Shown piece by piece: positions 33,893-39,734 of a stretch of DNA of 39,734 nt. The notes beneath the pieces are model-generated. The model was not told the DNA's origin. It saw only the letters and a list, made by a program, of their open reading frames with translations, and ran no database searches. The first letter of the stretch is position 1; every line of letters starts with the position of its first letter. Source of the DNA: an uncultured Candidatus Saccharibacteria bacterium (GTDB lineage Bacteria; Patescibacteriota; Minisyncoccia; Minisyncoccales; UBA5738); assembly GCA_964523275.1 (NCBI GenBank), contig CAZFZI010000001.1, forward strand, positions 7,214 through 46,947. Direction: 5' to 3'. A program made the position numbers and the translations under genes.

Positions 33893-33921
33893 ATTTTAAT
33901 CTGTGTAAAATATTTTGTCAA
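33893..33921 (-). promoter_or_regulatory. Consensus-like promoter of the PanA-toxin operon
   Basis: Minus strand reads TTGACA (33916-33921), a 17-nt spacer, then TAAAAT (33893-33898), about 27 nt upstream of the ATG. Confidence 0.55.
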
Positions 33922-34022
33922 TGGCAATGTAAAAGTTATTTACAAGCTATTATTCGCCCAGCCATCCGCAAAAACGAAAAAACCTCTTGCGAGGTTATTG
34001 GCAAAATTAATTTTGGAAATTT

Positions 34023-34373
34023 TTAATTTTTGAGTTTGCGGTTTTGTCGCCAAGCGACAAAATATAGCACCGCCACAACAACTGCAGGACCGGAAATGAA
34101 AGCATACCAGCTCCACGGACGACCAAGACCAGCAACATAAACATAAAAAATCGCGCCGGCCAAAAAAGCGATCGCGCCAAATAATTCATATCTCCAAGCA
34201 ATCGCCACAATCGCGGCCAAAACAAACGAGGGAATTAAATGCATAAAAAATGCCACAAAAAGCTCCGCGCCAAAATACTCGCCAAAAACATCTGTCGCAA
34301 AAAGCGATAAAAACAAAACAAACCCAATGCCTGAAATCCTGGGCAACCAAACAATGATTCTTGCTTTGTTCAT
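34023..34373 (-). CDS. Small four-TM membrane protein (116 aa from the ATG)
   Basis: The track start at 34430 is TTG; ATG at 34371-34373 gives MNKARIIVWLPRISGIGFVLF... with four hydrophobic helices. Confidence 0.6.
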   Translation of the reverse strand: MNKARIIVWLPRISGIGFVLFLSLFATDVFGEYFGAELFVAFFMHLIPSFVLAAIVAIAWRYELFGAIAFLAGAIFYVYVAGLGRPWSWYAFISGPAVVVAVLYFVAWRQNRKLKN

Positions 34374-34452
34374 AGTTTTTGATTTTTTATACCTTTGATT
34401 TAAAATAACTTGGTTTATTTCCAAAATCAACCATTACCTTTAAATTTATTCT

Positions 34453-34470
34453 ACCTTTCGGGCGAAACAT
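34453..34470 (-). promoter_or_regulatory. Conserved 18-mer ACCTTTCGGGCGAAACAT, copy 1
   Basis: Identical 18-mer at 37997-38014. Both lie upstream of minus-strand membrane-protein genes. Confidence 0.5.
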
Positions 34471-34482
34471 CCTATCGGTATA

Positions 34483-34539
34483 ATTGTTGCATAATTTTTC
34501 TCTAATTGTTGCATTTTGCAACAATCCCCCGCAACAATT
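34483..34539. promoter_or_regulatory. Array of four copies of the 9-mer ATTGTTGCA (two direct, two inverted)
   Basis: Direct copies at 34483-34491 and 34505-34513, inverted copies at 34517-34525 and 34530-34538. The middle pair forms a perfect 9-3-9 palindrome. Confidence 0.65.
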
Positions 34540-34592
34540 TGTAAAAAAAATACCGCGTTGCCCATAAAGAACAAGCGGAAATTTGCACCCGA

Positions 34593-35822
34593 TCAATCCT
34601 GTTGCGCTTTCAATTGTTCGATTTCACGAATGCATCTTATACTAAGCGGAGATTGCCGATTTACGTGTGAATATACTTTGACGCGCGCTTCCAGCCCGTC
34701 GGTAAGATCTAAATACCTTCCCAATACCTTGGAAGCATATACGCTCTTACCGCATATAGCCCAGCGCTCCTCCGGTGTATCAGCCGCTTCAAGTTCCTCC
34801 ACGTAAAATTCGTTGATTCTTGCTTTTACCCTTTCTCCTTCTTTGCTTATCGGATGAATCAACATCCCATTGAAGAGCCCTCTCAAATCTTTCAAACCGG
34901 CAATACTCATAATCTTCTCAAAGACAATTTTTCTCAGTTTGCCGGTAGTCGGCTTGCAATAGACATCTTTAAGCACTCCAACACTGTCCGCCAAGTCCGT
35001 AATTTTCCACAGCGTTTTTTGTTTGAAAGGTTCGGTCGCAAGGGGATCATTGTAAAGCTGCCAACACTTCCCGATCTCCGTAGTTTCTTTAAGCTTAACC
35101 TCCAACAAAGGCTCAACCTTATTTTCTATCGCCCATCGCACTTCACTTACATGACATGATTTATAAAGATTGCGAAGCTTTCTCTCTGATTCGGTTATCT
35201 CCACAAGCCTGAGCCAAGCCATTTTGGCATACTCTTTGTTGTAAGAAACTTTTTTCACAACCCCCCTAACCCCTCTCGGACTATCTGTATGCGCCAAAAT
35301 TTGGCTCAAAGCCTTTTTTCGCATTTTCAAACCCGAAGCCGCCCAGTAGACTGCCCATCTATCCCTCTGTTTTTTTGCTTCCCTAAATCTAATATCCAAA
35401 ATGAGATTTAGTTTCTCTGACGCTTTCTTGCCAACGTCACTAATATGTGGATTCGCTTGAGAAATCCTGTGGCAAGCTCCTGGGGTTCTGGCTTTCTTCA
35501 AAGCAACCCACAATATCGCATCTATCTTCTTCCTTGCTTGTTGCTCAACATCCTCACAATGGCAAGCTTGAGCACGATCTACTATTGCCCAATATTCCCC
35601 TACCTTTTCAGCTAAATTAAGAGCCGCGGTTAACACTTCTTCTTCCATACCCGAAGGAGCTCGCAACAAAACCGACAAACATTTTGCCGTGTTTTCTGCA
35701 TTTCTCACTTCTTCCCGCAGTTCTTCCACATAGGCATGAGGATTTATTGCCATTTTAATATAAGGAAGTTCTCCTGGTCCCAAAACTTCTGCCACTGCCG
35801 ATACAACATCGCCTACGCTCAT
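34593..35822 (-). CDS. Hypothetical soluble alpha-helical protein (409 aa), orphan
   Basis: ATG at 35820-35822 with GGATGGTGA upstream. Has its own promoter and follows a terminator. Recurrent RWA/W..L-type helical segments. No family recognised. Confidence 0.65.
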   Translation of the reverse strand: MSVGDVVSAVAEVLGPGELPYIKMAINPHAYVEELREEVRNAENTAKCLSVLLRAPSGMEEEVLTAALNLAEKVGEYWAIVDRAQACHCEDVEQQARKKIDAILWVALKKARTPGACHRISQANPHISDVGKKASEKLNLILDIRFREAKKQRDRWAVYWAASGLKMRKKALSQILAHTDSPRGVRGVVKKVSYNKEYAKMAWLRLVEITESERKLRNLYKSCHVSEVRWAIENKVEPLLEVKLKETTEIGKCWQLYNDPLATEPFKQKTLWKITDLADSVGVLKDVYCKPTTGKLRKIVFEKIMSIAGLKDLRGLFNGMLIHPISKEGERVKARINEFYVEELEAADTPEERWAICGKSVYASKVLGRYLDLTDGLEARVKVYSHVNRQSPLSIRCIREIEQLKAQQD

Positions 35823-35867
35823 ATCCAATCACCATCCTTGTTGCCATCATGACAACGAACTACGGCC

Positions 35868-35896
35868 ACTATATAATCGCAACCTAATTATGTCAA
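35868..35896 (-). promoter_or_regulatory. Consensus-like promoter of the 409-aa gene
   Basis: Minus strand reads TTGACA (35891-35896), a 17-nt spacer, then TATAGT (35868-35873). Confidence 0.55.
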
Positions 35897-35916
35897 CAGA
35901 ACAACACTCCACAATC

Positions 35917-35940
35917 AAAAAGCGCCGCGTTTGCGGCGTT
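35917..35940 (-). terminator. Rho-independent terminator after the MliC-like gene
   Basis: CGCCGC-GTTT-GCGGCG followed by T5 on the minus strand. Confidence 0.7.
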
Positions 35941-35963
35941 TGAATCCAATCCAAATGTTTTTT

Positions 35964-36737
35964 TTATTCAATGGCGAACGGCGCGTCGCCGGCATCGTAT
36001 ATGCTGTTGTTTTGAGCATCTTCCACAACAAGCGTATATTTGTCCGACGCGGGCAAATCGTTTATGCCCAAAACTTCGGCATACAGCTCCCGCACCGTCC
36101 ATTCATAGGTTCCGGTATTGTCAACGCCCGTTGCGATCGCGGCGTTAAAGCTTTGCCCCTCACCGTCATCGGCAACCATCAATCTTATGTTCACGGATTT
36201 TGTTATTTCGGACGCTTGCCACAATATTTCAACTTTTTGCCCCTTGGACCATTCCTCTCCCCCGTTGGGCGAAATAACTTTGATGTTTTGGCCTTCACCA
36301 TCTGCCGGCGCCACGGCACATCCGGTGAAATCTTTTTGTTCCCCGTTTTCCAGCACCATCGCATTGCCGCCCTTGTCCCAAAAAACGAACGACTCGTCAT
36401 CATTGGCATAGCGCGCGCCGGATGCCGAAATCGCTTGCGGCAGATCGTAATTCCGTCCATCGCTTAAAATAATTCTCACGCTTCCCGATGGCACTGGCAT
36501 CTCACCCGGCGCCGCCGCGATTTGCTCCCCTTCATAGAAAGCCGCGGCAATGGTTTTGCCACCGTCGCAAACATATGCCGCTTGCGCGATTAAATTTTCA
36601 TCCTGTATCCAAGTCTGCGTTTGATCCTGCGGCTGAATTTCGGGCGGCATAGTTTCTCTTTGTTGCTCATTGGCATACCATATTATAGCTCCCACAAAAA
36701 TCATTATCGCCGCAAGAACCCATAAAAAAAATTTCAT
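35964..36737 (-). CDS. Secreted MliC-like (lysozyme-inhibitor fold) protein with a C-terminal Kre9/KNH-like beta domain
   Basis: Signal/TM MKFFLWVLAAIMIFVGAII. YVCDGGKTIAAAFYEGE...LSDGRNYDLPQAISASGARYANDDESFVFWDKGGNAMVLENG...FTGC matches the MliC pattern. Confidence 0.7.
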   Translation of the reverse strand: MKFFLWVLAAIMIFVGAIIWYANEQQRETMPPEIQPQDQTQTWIQDENLIAQAAYVCDGGKTIAAAFYEGEQIAAAPGEMPVPSGSVRIILSDGRNYDLPQAISASGARYANDDESFVFWDKGGNAMVLENGEQKDFTGCAVAPADGEGQNIKVISPNGGEEWSKGQKVEILWQASEITKSVNIRLMVADDGEGQSFNAAIATGVDNTGTYEWTVRELYAEVLGINDLPASDKYTLVVEDAQNNSIYDAGDAPFAIE

Positions 36738-36757
36738 ATTTTTAATTTTTTAATGAA

Positions 36758-37846
36758 TTATTTTTGCCAGATGTTCTTGCCAATTTTCCAAACAAATTTG
36801 GCGGCCAACAATAAGATTAAGCCGTAAATAATGTATTGGAACAAAACAGCGATCAGCAACAACAGGTTAACACTAATGTTTTGAACGGTTGCATTGATTT
36901 CCCGCACAAAATTTCTGGCAGCCGAACTCCAAGAATCTTTCAACCCCTGCAAATCAACCATCGCGTTATCACTCACCTTTACGGAAAAATAGGTGTAATC
37001 AAGGCGGTCAAGCTGTTGCGATTTTGAACGCTGGATTTCTTCAAGCTGGGAATTAATACTGATTCTTTTTTGCGTAAGCTGTTCAATTGTATTTATTTTG
37101 CTGTTGATTACCTTTGCCAAAGTTTCGGCATTTTCCGTTTGAGTGGCAACCACCGCCACTTCGTCATAAGCGGCAACCGCTTTCTCCAGCGTTTCGTCAA
37201 TTGATGCCAGCTTTTGCCTTAAAATATCAATCCTGCCGGTGAAATCTTCCACCTGCGCCTGAACCGTGTAGGTGTGCCCGGACAATTCTTTGGGATTGAA
37301 CGCTTGCAAAAACGCCAACATTTGGTCGGCGGCATCACGTTCAACCTTGAAAGAATAATCGCATCCTTTGCGCCAATTGCGCGCATTTTCAAAAATAACA
37401 TCTTTTCTGGTCTTAAGGCCGCCGATCGCGGCGCAAGTTTGATCAACTTGCCGGGTTTCAATCGCGGCATTGTATTGCGTCATCTCAAATTCCTCGGCAT
37501 CGTCCCCGGTTGAAGATATATTTTGGCGGTATGGATCGCTTGCCGGCGTTGCCGCGTTTCTTGTTGATAGCTTACTTGAGATGTCCATGGCCTCTTCAAA
37601 CACCATGCCCGGCTCGCTTTCATAATCATAGGAATCGTAATCGGAATAATATGAAGACGGGGCGGGCGAAGACATCGGCACATTTGAATAGCCGCCGCTT
37701 TGATATTTTTCTCCGCGAGACATTGAATTGAAAAATTCGCCAATAAAGCTAAACGCAACCACAACAACGGCTATCGCCAGCAATCCCAATCCTATAATTT
37801 TTAAAACCGGTTTCACCTTGGGACCCAAACTTTTGATTGATATCAT
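36758..37846 (-). CDS. DUF4349-like membrane-anchored protein
   Basis: N-terminal TM, central FKVERDAADQMLAFLQAFNPKELSGHTYTVQAQVEDFTGRIDILRQKLASIDETL (DUF4349-like, with a coiled coil), and C-terminal TM helices. Confidence 0.6.
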   Translation of the reverse strand: MISIKSLGPKVKPVLKIIGLGLLAIAVVVVAFSFIGEFFNSMSRGEKYQSGGYSNVPMSSPAPSSYYSDYDSYDYESEPGMVFEEAMDISSKLSTRNAATPASDPYRQNISSTGDDAEEFEMTQYNAAIETRQVDQTCAAIGGLKTRKDVIFENARNWRKGCDYSFKVERDAADQMLAFLQAFNPKELSGHTYTVQAQVEDFTGRIDILRQKLASIDETLEKAVAAYDEVAVVATQTENAETLAKVINSKINTIEQLTQKRISINSQLEEIQRSKSQQLDRLDYTYFSVKVSDNAMVDLQGLKDSWSSAARNFVREINATVQNISVNLLLLIAVLFQYIIYGLILLLAAKFVWKIGKNIWQK

Positions 37847-37996
37847 ACTTATTTTATTTTTTTATTTTTACGGCTTTCCATTATTCTATCATCTTATCAT
37901 TTATTTTAACAAGCAAAATCTTGACGCACCGACAAAAACCATCCCTGCCGGCATAAGCATTAATGTGAATGTCCGATTACACATTCGCTCTATTCC

Positions 37997-38014
37997 ACCT
38001 TTCGGGCGAAACAT
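37997..38014 (-). promoter_or_regulatory. Conserved 18-mer ACCTTTCGGGCGAAACAT, copy 2
   Basis: Identical to 34453-34470, and the flanks are also similar (GGAATGTTTCGCCCGAAAGGTGGAATA versus GGATGTTTCGCCCGAAAGGTAGAATA on the minus strand). Confidence 0.5.
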
Positions 38015-38023
38015 TCCATAAAC

Positions 38024-38044
38024 AAAAACGCGGGATTGCCGCGC
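38024..38044 (-). terminator. Rho-independent terminator of the rib cluster
   Basis: CGCGG-CAATC-CCGCG followed by T5 on the minus strand, about 35 nt after the stop at 38078. Confidence 0.65.
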
Positions 38045-38077
38045 TGTTATAAGAGTTATTTTTACCGCCGTCATTCT

Positions 38078-38419
38078 TCAAATCAATTCCAAGTCTTTGG
38101 CAATCTGTTTTTTCAAATCTTCAACGCTGTTGAATTTTTTTATTTCCCTGATTTTGCCGATTATTTTTACCTCTATTTTCCGACCGTAAATATCAGAATC
38201 AAAATCCTTGATATGCAATTCGGAAGTGATCTTTCCGCCAAAAGTTTTTTGCGGACCAAAATGCAACAGAGCGGAATATTTTTCCCCATCCACATAAGCG
38301 CGGGCCGAATAAACGCCGAAATCAATATCCAAATCAGTTCTATCCAAATTGGCAGTGGGAAATCCTATTTTCTTTCCTCTGCCATTTCCCGCAATAACTT
38401 TTGCCTCAAAAGGGTTCAT
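38078..38419 (-). CDS. Monofunctional riboflavin kinase (RibF C-terminal-domain type)
   Basis: GNGRGKKIGFPTANL...YSARAYVDGEKYSALLHFGP...ELHIKDFDSDIYGRKIEVKIIGKIREIKKFNSVEDLKKQIAKD matches the flavokinase domain. Confidence 0.85.
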   Translation of the reverse strand: MNPFEAKVIAGNGRGKKIGFPTANLDRTDLDIDFGVYSARAYVDGEKYSALLHFGPQKTFGGKITSELHIKDFDSDIYGRKIEVKIIGKIREIKKFNSVEDLKKQIAKDLELI

Positions 38420-38876
38420 CTATTTTTTTCAAAATTGCCAATTCTTCCACTAAGGCCATCGCCGCTTCATATCCTTTGTTGCTCGCATCGTCTTTTGCTC
38501 TGTCTTGCGCTTGCCCAAAATCATAAGCGGCAAGAACGCCAAAAGCAATTGGCACGCCCTGTTCAAGCGTCACTTTCACCAATCCGTCGCAAACCGCCTT
38601 GGCCACATAATCAAAATGCGCGGTTTTGCCTTTGATTACCGCACCAATAGCAACAATGCCGTCAAATCTATTGGTTTTGGCCAGCCTTTGGCAAACCAAA
38701 GGAATCTCAAACGCGCCAGGCACCAAAAAAGTTTCGTGATTGGCAATTTTCGCCTCCGTTAATGCTTTAACAGCCCCGGCCGCCAGACCGTCGGTAATTT
38801 CCCGATTGAACCTTGCTTGGACAATGGCAATTTTCAATCTCCTTCCGTCTAATTTGCAAAAAGTATTGACTTCCAT
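38406..38876 (-). CDS. ribH: 6,7-dimethyl-8-ribityllumazine synthase
   Basis: IAIVQARFNREITDGL..GA...LVPGAFEIPLV.........DGIVAIGAVIKGKTAHFDYV is the canonical lumazine synthase sequence. Confidence 0.92.
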   Translation of the reverse strand: MEVNTFCKLDGRRLKIAIVQARFNREITDGLAAGAVKALTEAKIANHETFLVPGAFEIPLVCQRLAKTNRFDGIVAIGAVIKGKTAHFDYVAKAVCDGLVKVTLEQGVPIAFGVLAAYDFGQAQDRAKDDASNKGYEAAMALVEELAILKKIDEPF

Positions 38877-38886
38877 AATGTTAAAA

Positions 38887-39474
38887 TTAATTTTTTAATA
38901 ATTTTTCCAAATACCTGGCGATCACATCCGCTTCAAGATTTACTTTGCTACCGATTTTCAATTCCGACAAATTGGTTGTTTCCAGAGTGTGCGTGATCAA
39001 ACACACCTTGAACCAATCATCGCCAACCCCGGCAACGGTTAAACTCACCCCGTTAACCGCCACCGAGCCTTTGTGCGCCAAATATTTCATCATCTTTTCA
39101 GGCGCAATTATTTCCAAGCTCACATATTCGCCGTCATGAATAATGTTCTTAATTTCACCAACGCCATCAATATGGCCCATAACAAAATGCCCGTCCAAGC
39201 GCTGGCCGATTTTTATGGACAATTCCAAATTGATCAAATCGCCGGTAGCGAAATCTTTGAATTTCGTCAAATCCAAAGTTTCGGGCATCAACTCAACTTC
39301 AAAACTATCTTTGGTTTTCTCAATCACAGTCAAACAAGTGCCGTCGCAAGAGATGCTGTCGCCGATTTTGCAATCTTGCAAAAAATCATCAACGGCAATG
39401 GTGAAATAGACCTTGCCCGATTTTTCTTCTATTTTTTCAATTTTGCCGGTTTTGGCAACAATTCCGGTGAACAT
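38887..39474 (-). CDS. ribE: Riboflavin synthase alpha chain
   Basis: MFTGIV...G..I.....GDSISCDGTCLTV and the second repeat GSVAVNGVSLTV show the duplicated lumazine-binding barrel. ATG at 39472-39474 (track TTG at 39480). Confidence 0.92.
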   Translation of the reverse strand: MFTGIVAKTGKIEKIEEKSGKVYFTIAVDDFLQDCKIGDSISCDGTCLTVIEKTKDSFEVELMPETLDLTKFKDFATGDLINLELSIKIGQRLDGHFVMGHIDGVGEIKNIIHDGEYVSLEIIAPEKMMKYLAHKGSVAVNGVSLTVAGVGDDWFKVCLITHTLETTNLSELKIGSKVNLEADVIARYLEKLLKN

Positions 39475-39636
39475 AATCAAAACTTTATAAATATAAACAA
39501 TGAATAACTCTAACCCATAACCCGCCCAAATTCAATGCCGCGTTAAAATCACGGGAATACAACCGCCGCAAAATTCTTTGGCGCTATCTTGTTCCAACTC
39601 AGTGCAAGTAGCATACTACGCAACAAAGCGCGCGGA

Positions 39637-39656
39637 AATATTCCATATGGAATATT
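39637..39656. promoter_or_regulatory. Perfect 20-bp palindrome AATATTCCATATGGAATATT
   Basis: Read directly. Lies between the tRNA terminator and the rib cluster, about 160 nt upstream of the ribE ATG. Confidence 0.6.
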
Positions 39657-39666
39657 GGAATTTAAC

Positions 39667-39689
39667 AAAAAACACCAGCTTCACTGATG
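39667..39689 (-). terminator. Terminator after the tRNA
   Basis: Minus strand CAUCAG-UGAAG-CUGGUG (one G-U pair) followed by U6. Confidence 0.5.
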
Positions 39690-39703
39690 CTTTGACTACT
39701 ATG

Positions 39704-39734
39704 CTCCGCGGGTAGGATTCGAACCTACAACCTA
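39704..39734 (-). tRNA. tRNA 3' portion (T-arm plus acceptor 3' strand, gene continues past window end), possibly tRNA-Asn
   Basis: Minus strand reads GTAGG-TTCGAAT-CCTAC-CCGCGGA-G: a canonical T stem-loop, 7-nt acceptor strand and discriminator G, with no encoded CCA. U1 and G73 with this T-arm resemble bacterial tRNA-Asn. The anticodon is outside the window, so identity is tentative. Confidence 0.75.

Noticed and set aside
39481-39636. Possible FMN (RFN) riboswitch in the ribE leader
   Set aside because: Read on the minus strand, the leader contains CGGCGGU and a UUAUGGG stretch. It lacks the invariant GGGUGAAAUUCCC, AGCCCGCGA, GCCGACAGU and AGUCUGGAUGGGAGA blocks in the right order. It should still be tested with cmsearch RF00050, but it is not callable by eye.

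Overview
39.7-kb chromosomal segment, coded almost entirely on the minus strand. Gene content suggests a Candidate Phyla Radiation / Patescibacteria-type bacterium (inference only): a DUF5671 membrane protein, a fused ADP-forming acetyl-CoA synthetase, stand-alone CoaC and CoaD, a minimal iscR-iscS-iscU operon, many small orphan ORFs, and moderate-to-low GC by eye. Housekeeping blocks: uvrD/pcrA 5' end; iscRSU; AlkD-like repair protein and patatin; the only plus-strand block, tetR-hlyD-acrB-type RND efflux; ADP-forming acetyl-CoA synthetase; K+ channel; DEAD-box helicase; CoaD; CspA; M15 peptidase; CoaC; NifX-like protein plus a split permease; family-4 UDG; ribE-ribH-riboflavin kinase; and a partial tRNA at the right edge. 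Two visibly AT-richer accessory islands stand out. Island 1 (about 6.2-10.0 kb) holds small ORFs framed by 12-bp-periodic palindrome arrays, a stand-alone HNH nuclease, and a compact UvrD-like SF1 helicase. The helicase is flanked by two about 95% identical 129-nt direct repeats that are C-terminal remnants of a TaqI_C/Eco57I-type restriction-modification gene. This is the best candidate for an undescribed helicase-nuclease defence module. Island 2 (about 29.0-35.9 kb) holds a UMPH-1-like nucleotidase, an AbrB-like gene heading a split and apparently frameshifted PPDK/rifampin-phosphotransferase-like phosphotransferase, an HTH-Panacea (DUF4065) antitoxin with a RelE/YafQ-like toxin, and an orphan 409-aa helical protein with its own promoter and terminator. 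Several families of intergenic palindromes recur at equivalent positions, directly after stop codons or in promoter regions. No CRISPR array, rRNA, transposase or integrase was seen. All homology calls come from reading motifs in the translations; no database search was run.
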